A stretch of DNA of 61,214 nucleotides from a virus (lineage: Duplodnaviria > Heunggongvirae > Uroviricota > Caudoviricetes), in the IMG/VR virus record IMGVR_UViG_3300025887_000009. One strand, written 5' to 3'. Position numbers and translations under genes: made by a program. Positions 39,062 through 48,323 of the stretch are shown here, one piece after another (position 1 is the stretch's first letter; each line of letters starts with the position of its first letter). Below the pieces are notes generated by a model. The model saw only the letters and a program-made list of their open reading frames with translations, had not been told where the DNA came from and ran no database searches.

Positions 39062-39657
39062 CACACGATAGTATAGAAGATTTAGTATGGCAAACAGTTA
39101 ATCCCGATGACATCTGGGCTATGGACAAATTAATACTTTCTCGCAAACTAGGATACAACTGCGGGCCAGTTGGACAAGATGTTACTACACCCGGATGGTA
39201 TATTGTTCGTCCTTGCGTTAATATGATAGGATTAGGCTTAGGTGCACAAAAGGTTTGGTTAGACGAAAGCACGATGCATTTACCGATAGGATATTTTTGG
39301 TCCGAATGGTTTGATGGTGATCACCTTAGCATAGACTATTACAACAAAAATCAAATGCTATGTGTAGTAGGCAAAAAGCCCGATGACACATTTACAAAAT
39401 GGACAAGCTGGCGCAGAGCCGAAATCCGTAAACCTTTTCCTAAAATACTAGAACAGCTTGTGCACCAAAAATGGGTAAACTGTGAATTTATAGATGACAA
39501 GCTCATCGAAGTACATTTGCGTCGTAACGAAGACTTCGACGGGAACATCAATCATTTTATACCGGTTTGGGAGGATGAAGATACAACACCGCCTGTTGGA
39601 TATCGATATATAGAATATCCTGATGTACACGGACGAATTGGTGCATTCATTAAATAA
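39058..39657 (+). CDS. ATP-grasp-like protein
   Basis: YIVRP...G.G.GA, EWFDG.H.SID, VNCEF...LIEVHLR resemble ATP-grasp elements. Confidence 0.45.
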   Translation: MTHDSIEDLVWQTVNPDDIWAMDKLILSRKLGYNCGPVGQDVTTPGWYIVRPCVNMIGLGLGAQKVWLDESTMHLPIGYFWSEWFDGDHLSIDYYNKNQMLCVVGKKPDDTFTKWTSWRRAEIRKPFPKILEQLVHQKWVNCEFIDDKLIEVHLRRNEDFDGNINHFIPVWEDEDTTPPVGYRYIEYPDVHGRIGAFIK

Positions 39658-39661
39658 TATC

Positions 39662-39690
39662 TTGACAAATTGTCAATGTTATCATATACT
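39662..39690 (+). promoter_or_regulatory. Sigma70-type promoter with palindrome over the -35 box
   Basis: TTGACA-17 nt-TATACT; TTGACA-aat-TGTCAA inverted repeat. Confidence 0.75.
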
Positions 39691-39712
39691 TAACAGATAT
39701 AAGGAGAAATAC

Positions 39713-39973
39713 ATGGCTAGTAGAACATACGGTGCTGAGGAAAAAGCAAAACTAGAGCGGCTTATTAACGAAGCTGTAACAGTTAAACAAGAAATCGAGG
39801 ACCTGAACGAAGGCCTTAAAGAAACAGTTAAAGCAGTAGCAGAAGAACTAGAGATCAAAGCATCTCTGATTAATAAAGCAATCTCTATTGCACATAAGCG
39901 CGACTGGGATAAACACGCAGAAGCATTTGATGATCTAGAAACGTTAGTAGTTACAGTAGGTAAAGATACTTAA
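39713..39973 (+). CDS. Small helical DNA-binding protein (T4 DsbA/GapR-like)
   Basis: AAGGAG SD; KL..LI.E......IEDL...LKE..K.VAEEL.I....INKAI pattern. Confidence 0.55.
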   Translation: MASRTYGAEEKAKLERLINEAVTVKQEIEDLNEGLKETVKAVAEELEIKASLINKAISIAHKRDWDKHAEAFDDLETLVVTVGKDT

Positions 39974-39977
39974 AGTA

Positions 39978-40229
39978 ATGTCTGTTGAGATTCCGATTCA
40001 TAAAGATAGACTAGGACGTGTATTAAACATAGGGGACGCGGTAGCAATTCCGCGTTCTGCTACTACTATCGACATCGGAGAAGTGCATAAACTAAATCCT
40101 AAACTAGTTGGAGTAAAGGTGTTTAGCAGCAATCATAACGGGTATCAAAGAAGATATAACAAGCGACCGGAAGAAATGATTAAGCTTAACGAGAAGCATG
40201 TTACTCAATGGTTATTGACAAGGAAATAA
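39978..40229 (+). CDS. Hypothetical SH3-like small protein
   Basis: DRLGRVLNIGD.V motif. Confidence 0.6.
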   Translation: MSVEIPIHKDRLGRVLNIGDAVAIPRSATTIDIGEVHKLNPKLVGVKVFSSNHNGYQRRYNKRPEEMIKLNEKHVTQWLLTRK

Positions 40230-40263
40230 CAAGTTCGCCGCTTCAAGGCAAGTATTAAGGTTA

Positions 40264-40286
40264 AGTTGGCCAGAAACAACTAGGAG
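40264..40286 (+). promoter_or_regulatory. Hairpin abutting the polymerase SD (candidate translational operator)
   Basis: AGTTG-GCCAGAAA-CAACT directly followed by AGGAG and a TTG start. Confidence 0.45.
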
Positions 40287-40292
40287 AAATAT

Positions 40293-42959
40293 TTGTACGT
40301 AGATGCAATTTTTAACAGAGATTCTGATCTTATTCAGATTGTAGAACGAAAAGAAGGCAAACGTGTTTACATCGAACACCCTGTAAAATATACTTTTTAC
40401 CATGGGGATCCAAAAGGAAAACACAAAACAGTTTACGGGGATCCCGTATCACGCATTGTATGCAAGAATACAAAAGACTTCAGAAAAGAAGTAGCAATTA
40501 ACAAACACAAAAAGTTATTCGAATCAGACATTAATCCAATCTTTCAGTGCTTGAGTGAAAACTATCTTAATGTAGATTCGCCAAATCTAAACATTGCGTT
40601 TTTTGACATCGAGACAGATTTTGATCCAGAACGCGGCTTTGCTGATCCTAGTGATCCGTTTATGCCCATTACAGCTATCTCGGTTCATTTGCAATGGCTT
40701 AACACACTAGTTACGCTTGCAATCCCTCCTAAAGGACTGTCAATGGAAGATGCAAAGGCAGAGGTTGAAGAATTTCCAAACACGTATTTGTTTGAAAAAG
40801 AAAGCGAAATGCTAAATGCATTTCTTGACTTAATTGAAGATTCGGATATCTTAACAGGATGGAACAGCGAAGGCTACGATATTCCGTATACCGTAAACCG
40901 TGTCGCCCGTGTACTAAGCAAAAATGATACACGTAGATTTTGCTTGTGGGATCAATATCCAAAGAAACGCGAATACGAGCGCTTTGGTAAGAAAGCTGAA
41001 ACTTTTGATCTTGTCGGACGTGTCCACCTTGACAGCTTGCAACTTTATAAGAAATACAACTACGAAGAACGCCACAGTTATCGACTAGATGCTATTGGCG
41101 AAATCGAAGTAGGCGAGAACAAAGTTGTTTACGAAGGAACTCTTGATGACTTGTACAACAATGACTTTAAAAAGTTTATCGAATACAACAGGCAAGATAC
41201 TGCACTGTTAGACAAGCTTGATCAGAAGTTGCAATTTATTAGCTTGAGTAATGAACTTGCTCACTCTAATACTGTTCTTCTACAGACTACAATGGGCGCT
41301 GTTGCGCTTACTGAGCAAGGTATCATCAACGAGGCTCATCATAGAGGATTAGTTGTCCCTAATCGCAGAGAGGTTGACAGAGAAAACTCTAACGCTGCCG
41401 GTGCGTATGTTGCGTATCCAAAAAAGGGTTTCCACGAATGGGTTGGATCAATGGACTTGAACTCACTGTATCCCAGTGTTATTAGAGCACTAAACATGGC
41501 ACCCGAAGCTGTTATCGGGCAATTACGTCCGATAGAAACTGATTCGTTTATACAAGAACAGATGCTAATGAAGAAGAAATCGTTTGCTGCTTCTTGGGAA
41601 GGAATGTTCGGTTCAATCGAATACGAATATGTTATGGAACAACGTCGTGATGTAGATGTTACCCTCGATTGGGAAAATGGCGAAACTACTGTATTAAGTG
41701 CTGCGCAAGTTTACAAGCTGATATTCGACAGTAACAATCCGTGGATGCTAAGTGCTAACGGCACTATCTTTACTTACGAATTCGAAGCCGTTATTCCAGG
41801 CTTGCTAAAGCGGTGGTATTCAGAGCGTAAAGAATTGCAAGCTAAGATGCGCAAAGCAATTGCCGCTGGCAATAAAGTAGAAATTGCGTTTTGGGATAAA
41901 CGACAACTTGTTAAGAAGATTAACTTGAACAGCTTGTACGGTGCTATTCTTAATCCCGGCTGTAGATTCTTTGACAAGCGTATTGGACAATCGACTACGT
42001 TGACTGGTAGAGCGATTGTTAAACATATGAGTGCAGAAGTTAATCAAACCATTACTGGTGAATATAATCATATCGGCGAAAGTGTTATATATGGTGACAC
42101 TGACTCTGTTTATTTTAGTGCATACTCTACGCTCAAGACAGACATTGATGCTGGAAACATTCCCTGGACAAAGGAAACAGTTATCAGTCTGTATGATCAA
42201 GTAGCAGATCAAGTTAACGGAACGTTCCCTAAATTTATGCTTAATGCATTTCATTGCCCAAAGACACGAAGTGATGTTATTGCTGCTGGTAGAGAGATTG
42301 TTGCAAAATCTAGTTTGTTTACAACAAAGAAAAGATATGCTGCACTAGTTATCGATGAAGAAGGCAATCGCAAGGACGTCAATGGTTCTAATGGTAAAAT
42401 TAAAGCCATGGGACTTGATTTACGACGTTCGGATACTCCAGTGTATATGCAGGATTTCCTTAAAGACATTCTCGGTATGGTTCTAAACGGCGGCAAAGAA
42501 GCTGATATCATTGAAGCAATTCAAGAATTCAGAAAGCTGTTTAAAGATCGTCCAGGATGGGAAAAGGGTTCACCTAAGGCTGTGAATAAACTAAATCATT
42601 ACAGAATGCTAGAGGAAAAGGCAGGTAGAGCAAATATGCCAGGTCACGTCCGTGCTGCACTTAATTGGAATACATTAAAGCGCATGAATGGCGACAAGTA
42701 CAGTAGAGATGTTGTAGACGGTATGAAAACCATTGTTTGTAAATTAAAACAGAATCCAATGGGCTTCACCAGCGTTAGTTACCCTACAGATGAATTGCGT
42801 TTGCCAGAATGGTTTAAAGAATTACCATTTGACGATGCAGCCATGGAAGGTGCAATCATAGACAAGAAGGTAGGCAATCTAATCGGAGTGCTTAATTACG
42901 ATCTTGAATCTACTAAACAAGATACTACATTCGGAAACCTCTTTGACTTTGGTGATTAA
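40293..42959 (+). CDS. Family B DNA polymerase (T4 gp43-like) with 3'-5' exonuclease
   Basis: FDIET, GWNSEGYD, YNRQD, DLNSLYPS, KINLNSLYG, YGDTDS, KKRYA; TTG start. Confidence 0.97.
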   Translation: MYVDAIFNRDSDLIQIVERKEGKRVYIEHPVKYTFYHGDPKGKHKTVYGDPVSRIVCKNTKDFRKEVAINKHKKLFESDINPIFQCLSENYLNVDSPNLNIAFFDIETDFDPERGFADPSDPFMPITAISVHLQWLNTLVTLAIPPKGLSMEDAKAEVEEFPNTYLFEKESEMLNAFLDLIEDSDILTGWNSEGYDIPYTVNRVARVLSKNDTRRFCLWDQYPKKREYERFGKKAETFDLVGRVHLDSLQLYKKYNYEERHSYRLDAIGEIEVGENKVVYEGTLDDLYNNDFKKFIEYNRQDTALLDKLDQKLQFISLSNELAHSNTVLLQTTMGAVALTEQGIINEAHHRGLVVPNRREVDRENSNAAGAYVAYPKKGFHEWVGSMDLNSLYPSVIRALNMAPEAVIGQLRPIETDSFIQEQMLMKKKSFAASWEGMFGSIEYEYVMEQRRDVDVTLDWENGETTVLSAAQVYKLIFDSNNPWMLSANGTIFTYEFEAVIPGLLKRWYSERKELQAKMRKAIAAGNKVEIAFWDKRQLVKKINLNSLYGAILNPGCRFFDKRIGQSTTLTGRAIVKHMSAEVNQTITGEYNHIGESVIYGDTDSVYFSAYSTLKTDIDAGNIPWTKETVISLYDQVADQVNGTFPKFMLNAFHCPKTRSDVIAAGREIVAKSSLFTTKKRYAALVIDEEGNRKDVNGSNGKIKAMGLDLRRSDTPVYMQDFLKDILGMVLNGGKEADIIEAIQEFRKLFKDRPGWEKGSPKAVNKLNHYRMLEEKAGRANMPGHVRAALNWNTLKRMNGDKYSRDVVDGMKTIVCKLKQNPMGFTSVSYPTDELRLPEWFKELPFDDAAMEGAIIDKKVGNLIGVLNYDLESTKQDTTFGNLFDFGD

Positions 42960-42999
42960 GTTAACCAAAACCTAAATACTATACAATTAAAAATAATAC

Positions 43000-43028
43000 T
43001 TGACGGAACCAATAAAATCAAGTATAAT
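43000..43028 (+). promoter_or_regulatory. Sigma70-type promoter with an upstream TAAATA (42973)
   Basis: TTGACG-17 nt-TATAAT; AGGAG SD before ATG 43052. Confidence 0.75.
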
Positions 43029-43051
43029 CAACATATTAGGAGATAATTTAT

Positions 43052-43780
43052 ATGCAAGACATCCTTAAGGATATTGTGGCACATACTCACGCGCTTGGGT
43101 TTTTGCCATTAGTTAAAGTAACAAATGACGACAGTACAACAATCGAATCAATGGCAGAAGATCGAACCGTTGTTCTTAAAGCTACTACAAATGCAAAAGT
43201 TGACGAATTCAAAGGCACATTCGGTATGCCTAACCTCGACAAGCTTTCGTTGCACTTGAAGAATCCAGAGTATCAAAAAGATGCAAAGATTGAAGTAATC
43301 GAAGGCGAGCGCAACGGAGAGACAATTCCGACTCATATTCACTTTGCAAACCAAGCAGGCGATTTCGAAAACGATTACCGTTTTATGAATAAAGCAAGCA
43401 TTGACGAAAAACTAAAAACAGTTACGTTTAAAGGTGCAACATGGGATGTAGAAATTGATCCTACTTCAGAAGCAATTGCGCGTATGAAATTGCAAGCCGC
43501 TGCGTTATCAGAAGAGACAGTGTTTAACGTAAAGACAGAAGACAACAATCTTATTGTTAGCTTTGGCGATGCGTCGAGTCACACTGGCAAGTTTACGTTC
43601 ATGCAGAACGTAACAGGCAATCTAAAGCATCAATGGTCTTGGCCTATTGCTGCTGTAATATCAATTCTGTCACTTAATGGACATATTACAATGAAGCTAT
43701 CTGATCAAGGTGCTATGATGATCAGTGTTGCTAGCGGACTTGCAACTTATGAGTACATCTTACCTGCGCAGGCAAAATAA
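43052..43780 (+). CDS. Sliding clamp (T4 gp45/PCNA-like)
   Basis: 242 aa, follows polB; alternating beta/alpha pattern ending in YEYILPA like clamp proteins; clamp loader present in window. Confidence 0.65.
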   Translation: MQDILKDIVAHTHALGFLPLVKVTNDDSTTIESMAEDRTVVLKATTNAKVDEFKGTFGMPNLDKLSLHLKNPEYQKDAKIEVIEGERNGETIPTHIHFANQAGDFENDYRFMNKASIDEKLKTVTFKGATWDVEIDPTSEAIARMKLQAAALSEETVFNVKTEDNNLIVSFGDASSHTGKFTFMQNVTGNLKHQWSWPIAAVISILSLNGHITMKLSDQGAMMISVASGLATYEYILPAQAK

Positions 43781-45393
43781 TGAATACAGACTTAACCGCA
43801 GCACAAAAAGATTATGCGCTGTTCTTGCCGGCGTTGAGTGGTTTTTATGCCACTTACGTCGGTAAACAGCGGTATGATCAATATGTAGATCCAGCGCGTA
43901 TTCCCAAAAATCTTACCCACGGCATGGAAAGTCTAAACTATCTTAACAAAAAAGAAGGACAGTTTCATTTCATTGGACTTCATTGGACTCTATACTCTGC
44001 AGGACACGCAGAACTAGATACTGCAAAGCATTCACCTAAAGAAGATATGATTCGTAATAGAGATCGTAAAAATTCTTGGATGCTAGGCGACAGTGGTGGC
44101 TTCCAGATCGGTAAGGGTGTTTGGGAAGGCAACTGGGGCGATCCTAGTTGTAGCAAAGCAATGAAGAAACGAACCGATGTTCTAAAATGGATGGACGCTT
44201 ACGCAGATTACGGAATGATTCTTGATATTCCGGCATGGGTTTCTCGTTCTCCTGCAGGCGCAAAAGCAACTGGTATTACGTCATACCAAGGAGCAGTTGA
44301 CGCTACACGGATCAACAATGACTATTTTATCAAACACAGAAATGGTAATTGTAAATTCCTAAACGTATTGCAAGGCGAAACATTCCAACAAGCAGACGAT
44401 TGGTATATGCAGATGCGCGACTTCTGTGATCCTAAGAAATATCCTAATGAACACTTTAACGGGTGGTCAATGGGTGGTCAAAATATGTGCGATGTTCACC
44501 TTGTATTAAAACGATTAATTGCATTGCGCTTTGACGGTTATCTCGAAAAAGGCATTCACGACTTTATGCACTTCTTGGGTACATCAAAACTCGAGTGGGC
44601 CTGTCTTTTAACTGAAGTGCAACGTGCTATACGCAAACATCACAACGAAAACTATACAGTAACATTCGACTGTGCTTCTCCTTTCCTTGCTACTGCTAAC
44701 GGACAGATTTATATCCAAACAGAAACAGTGCCCGACGGCAAATGGACTTATAGAATGCTTCCGTCTGTAGACGATAAAAAATATGCAAATGATCCCCGAG
44801 GGTTCAGAGACGCAGTACTGCAAGACGGGATTTTCAATAAGAAAGACTCGCAAGGCAACGTTACGTTGATTCGAGATTTTGTTGACTCGCCTATTAGCAA
44901 AGGCATGGGCATAAAAGATGTGTGTATCTATGCGCCGGGTGATTTGAACAAGATCGGTAAAGAAGGCAAGACCAGCTGGGATAGCTTTTCTTATGCACTA
45001 CAGATGGGTCACAATGTGTGGAGTCACATCAACGCTGTACAAGAAGCTAATAGGCAATGCGACGCAGGTGTATATCCGCATATGTTGATTGCATCTAAAC
45101 TTCATGGTAAAAAACTTAGAATGTACGATATGGATTTTTTCAAAGATATTGTAGATGCTATATTTGCTACCGATGATAGAGAAAAGGCAGAAGCGCTTGT
45201 TGAAGAATATCGCGCTTACTGGATGGACATTCCAGGAACGCGCGGCGCTATTGGTAAAAAGACTGTAAACTCTACTACGTATTTTAATAATCTTTTTGAA
45301 GAAGAGACTGTTGCTGTAGAAGAACCAGAAGCCGAAGACACCCTGTCTGAAGATAAATTAGAAGAACTCGAACACACACAGGATGATACATGA
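43780..45393 (+). CDS. dpdA: TGT-fold transglycosylase (DpdA-like 7-deazaguanine DNA insertase)
   Basis: MLGDSGGFQ, ILD.P, NVLQG, GWSMGG, HFLG, TFDCASP, HN motifs of the TGT family; folE/queD/queE in window. Confidence 0.75.
   Translation: MNTDLTAAQKDYALFLPALSGFYATYVGKQRYDQYVDPARIPKNLTHGMESLNYLNKKEGQFHFIGLHWTLYSAGHAELDTAKHSPKEDMIRNRDRKNSWMLGDSGGFQIGKGVWEGNWGDPSCSKAMKKRTDVLKWMDAYADYGMILDIPAWVSRSPAGAKATGITSYQGAVDATRINNDYFIKHRNGNCKFLNVLQGETFQQADDWYMQMRDFCDPKKYPNEHFNGWSMGGQNMCDVHLVLKRLIALRFDGYLEKGIHDFMHFLGTSKLEWACLLTEVQRAIRKHHNENYTVTFDCASPFLATANGQIYIQTETVPDGKWTYRMLPSVDDKKYANDPRGFRDAVLQDGIFNKKDSQGNVTLIRDFVDSPISKGMGIKDVCIYAPGDLNKIGKEGKTSWDSFSYALQMGHNVWSHINAVQEANRQCDAGVYPHMLIASKLHGKKLRMYDMDFFKDIVDAIFATDDREKAEALVEEYRAYWMDIPGTRGAIGKKTVNSTTYFNNLFEEETVAVEEPEAEDTLSEDKLEELEHTQDDT
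43969..43988 (+). repeat. 10-bp tandem duplication within the DpdA-like gene
   Basis: TTCATTGGAC TTCATTGGAC. Confidence 0.9.
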
Positions 45394-45914
45394 ACAGAGA
45401 ATACGACGGCGGAGAAAGTAACACCGTTACATTCTTCACAGGCATAGAAGTAGAACATACCCCTGCTTACGGATTAAAGACATTGTTCGTAGTAGGGGTA
45501 CAGGATTTTGAGGAGGTATTTGAACACTATCATGGACAAAGTTGTGAGCACATTTTCTTTGGTGCAAATCATTCCTTTATCCCAACGTTAGGCGATTACG
45601 AAAGTTGGAAGCAATGGGAAGACATGATTATGCCTCTATTAAACGACGACATGCTTTGTAGCTTAGACATTCCATTAAGTCATGTTGAAGAATTTAATGA
45701 TTCCGGGTTTAATCAATACAACAATTTCATACCACAAATTCGCGTTCCTATTCCGTACACAAAATCATGGAATTATAATACTATGATTAAAATCGATGAC
45801 ATAGACTTCAAAAGTACCAATCCAGGCGTTTGGTCCCACAGCTTGCATGATTTAATGAATCGAGACAAGTTTACAGATTGGTCAAGATACAAACAAGATA
45901 AGGTGATAAAATAA
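45390..45914 (+). CDS. Hypothetical protein of the deazaguanine cluster
   Basis: ATGA-coupled to dpdA; FFTGIEVEHTPAYG..TLFV, HIFFGANHSF, KIDD.DF..TNPGVW. Confidence 0.7.
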   Translation: MNREYDGGESNTVTFFTGIEVEHTPAYGLKTLFVVGVQDFEEVFEHYHGQSCEHIFFGANHSFIPTLGDYESWKQWEDMIMPLLNDDMLCSLDIPLSHVEEFNDSGFNQYNNFIPQIRVPIPYTKSWNYNTMIKIDDIDFKSTNPGVWSHSLHDLMNRDKFTDWSRYKQDKVIK

Positions 45915-46330
45915 TGTTTAGTAAAAAGAAAGAAACTAACGAAGTTAGCCGCAGTATTTGGGTTACTTTTCAAAAGGAAGGTATTCATTGCTATCCTGCA
46001 GCATTAACAGATCCCGCTCTTGCAACAGGCGGATGGGACGACGTGTCTTATCTAGGTTATCCACACAGACATACTTTTTATTTTAAAGTAAGAATTGAAG
46101 TATTTCATGATGACAGAGAGATTGAATTTATTCAATTTAAACGTTGGCTCGAACGATTGTATAACTTAGACAATGCTGCATTAGAGCTGGATCACAAATC
46201 TTGCGAAATGATTGCAGATGAACTATATACTGAGATTACTACAAAATACCCAAATCGCTTTATAGAAATTAATGTAAGCGAAGATAACGAAAATGGTTGC
46301 GTTATCTATTACCCCAAAAAGGAAAACTAA
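45914..46330 (+). CDS. dpdL: QueD-paralogue T-fold protein (DpdL-like CDG decarboxylase)
   Basis: EGIH, LGYPHRHTF (LxxxHRHxF), IEFIQFK, SCE.IA, VSEDNENG. Confidence 0.65.
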   Translation: MFSKKKETNEVSRSIWVTFQKEGIHCYPAALTDPALATGGWDDVSYLGYPHRHTFYFKVRIEVFHDDREIEFIQFKRWLERLYNLDNAALELDHKSCEMIADELYTEITTKYPNRFIEINVSEDNENGCVIYYPKKEN

Positions 46331-46528
46331 ATGTATAAAAACATTCCTGATATTAACACCATATTTGACGACTTAGACAAGTTTAGAGATTACTGTCGAT
46401 TTAACGGCAAAGTCTTTAACGAAAAAGACTTGTACAAAAATTCGTCAGACAGTTGGCGTGCTTACAAAGCTTATCTTAACAGCAAGAATAGAAAAAGTTC
46501 AAGCTATTCGAGAAAAAATAGTCGTTAA
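46331..46528 (+). CDS. Small hypothetical protein
   Basis: IFDDLDKFRDYCRF.G..FNEKDLY; AAGGA SD. Confidence 0.65.
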   Translation: MYKNIPDINTIFDDLDKFRDYCRFNGKVFNEKDLYKNSSDSWRAYKAYLNSKNRKSSSYSRKNSR

Positions 46529-46549
46529 CAATTTTAGTATCAAAACTAT

Positions 46550-46573
46550 AAAGGGGCACATTGCCCCTTTTTT
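46550..46573 (+). terminator. Rho-independent terminator
   Basis: AAAGGGGCA-cat-TGCCCCTTT followed by a T run. Confidence 0.85.
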
Positions 46574-46585
46574 CACATAAAGATA

Positions 46586-46614
46586 TTGACTTATGCATTG
46601 TTGCATGTTATAAT
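46586..46614 (+). promoter_or_regulatory. Sigma70-type promoter
   Basis: TTGACT-17 nt-TATAAT; ATGCA/TGCAT palindrome in spacer. Confidence 0.8.
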
Positions 46615-46636
46615 CTATATTACACAAGGAGTTACA

Positions 46637-47728
46637 ATGACGATTTATATTGTAGATATCGAAGCTGTTGACACACGCTACACAAAGCAGTGGAAAGAAC
46701 ACCTTCCTGCGCAACTTAAAAGATGCACAAACAAAGAAGTAGAAGTAATTAGCGGCGGAGACACTCCTCAAGCAACAACGCCCGGAGCATTTCTAAACTT
46801 CGGCGGCACAAACGTATACAAGTCAAAACAGCTAGAAATTATCGGTGAAAAGTTTTGCAATGGCGAAATTAAAGATAACGATTATTTCTTATACACAGAT
46901 GCATGGAACCCTACAGTTATTCAATTAAAATATATGAGCGAACTGTTAGGCGTAAAAATACGCATCGGTGGTATGTGGCATGCCGGTTCGTACGATCCTC
47001 AAGATTTCCTAGGAAGACTGATAGGCGACGAACCTTGGGTGCGTTCGGCGGAACATTCGATGTTTAGTTGCTATGACGATAATTTCTTTGCAACACAGTT
47101 TCACATTAACATGTTTGCAAATGAAACGTTTAACTGGAACAACGGCAAAGGATGGGATTGTAGCTTGCCTCAACAAGCTAACAAGTCTATTAAGCTAGCA
47201 GGCTGGCCAATGGAATACCTTGAGAATTCGCTCAACGAGTACAAAGGCATGCCTAAAGAAGACATTATTTTGTTCCCGCATCGAATTGCGCCCGAAAAGC
47301 AATTAGATATTTTTAAGGACCTTGCAAAGCAGTTGCCCGAGTATCAATTTATTGTATGCCAGGAGCAAGAGCTCACCAAAGACGAATACCATAAGTTGCT
47401 AGGACGTGCAAAGATTGTATTCAGTGCTAATTTGCAAGAAACACTAGGCATTAGCTGGTATGAAGGTTTGATGCTAAACTGTATTCCTATGGTTCCTAAT
47501 CGTCTTTCGTATCGCGAAATGGCTAGTAACCAATTCAAGTATCCTAGCTATCTTACAAAAGATTTTAAAACATACGAAGCAAACAGAGCACGAATGGCAG
47601 ATTACGTAAAGTATTATATGAACAACTATGATAAATTTGTTCCAACTTTTGCAGCCGAATCGAGCAAACTAAGCCGCAACTATTTTAGCGGCAATAAATT
47701 GTATGAGGTTATAAATGGCGAATACTAA
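46637..47728 (+). CDS. GT-B fold glycosyltransferase (candidate DNA glycosyltransferase)
   Basis: FPHRIAPEKQ, FSANLQETLGISWYEG (ExxGxxxxE), P.VP..LSY.EM; AAGGAG SD. Confidence 0.75.
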   Translation: MTIYIVDIEAVDTRYTKQWKEHLPAQLKRCTNKEVEVISGGDTPQATTPGAFLNFGGTNVYKSKQLEIIGEKFCNGEIKDNDYFLYTDAWNPTVIQLKYMSELLGVKIRIGGMWHAGSYDPQDFLGRLIGDEPWVRSAEHSMFSCYDDNFFATQFHINMFANETFNWNNGKGWDCSLPQQANKSIKLAGWPMEYLENSLNEYKGMPKEDIILFPHRIAPEKQLDIFKDLAKQLPEYQFIVCQEQELTKDEYHKLLGRAKIVFSANLQETLGISWYEGLMLNCIPMVPNRLSYREMASNQFKYPSYLTKDFKTYEANRARMADYVKYYMNNYDKFVPTFAAESSKLSRNYFSGNKLYEVINGEY

Positions 47729-48122
47729 TTTCAATAAACGTCACTTAGATAATATTATTAGAGAAGGAAAAATAACGCCATCAATAGGAGAAATTTCTTA
47801 CTCTGCTAAAGATATGAAAACTACAATATGGAATGGGTCTAGCTGGATGGAACCTCTTGATAATTATAATTATACTGCATCAACAACCATGCACGACAAT
47901 AATATTACGTATACTACTACAAGTGGCAGCACCGTACACATTAGCGACCTTCAATGGGGTACAGAACCCTATGGCAAAGTTCTTGAAGATTATTTTCCTG
48001 ATATGACCGAGCTAGATGAAATGCGAGAATTGTACCCAACGCTCGACAATGCTTGGGAGAAATTTAAATCTGTTTATCGATTAACAATAGACGATTATAA
48101 GGACAAGAAAGAAGATGAATAA
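47715..48122 (+). CDS. Hypothetical protein
   Basis: GAGG SD; YPTL..AWEKFKSVY C-terminus. Confidence 0.6.
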   Translation: MANTNFNKRHLDNIIREGKITPSIGEISYSAKDMKTTIWNGSSWMEPLDNYNYTASTTMHDNNITYTTTSGSTVHISDLQWGTEPYGKVLEDYFPDMTELDEMRELYPTLDNAWEKFKSVYRLTIDDYKDKKEDE

Positions 48123-48321
48123 CAAGAAGTATGCAGTACAGGTTCCGTTTGCCGAAGATGATTGGTTATATGTTACAATAGATCATCCAAATGGTATTCC
48201 TGGTGATAGACTAGTAGTAACATACGACACACAAGAAGAAGCAACCGAAGCCGGCAAGGCATGGAACAAATATCGCGTTGTAATGTTTGAAGAAGACACA
48301 GATAAAACAAAGGAAGTGTAA
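48115..48321 (+). CDS. Small hypothetical protein
   Basis: 68 aa coupled ORF; DWLYVT. Confidence 0.6.
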   Translation: MNNKKYAVQVPFAEDDWLYVTIDHPNGIPGDRLVVTYDTQEEATEAGKAWNKYRVVMFEEDTDKTKEV

Positions 48322-48323
48322 GA

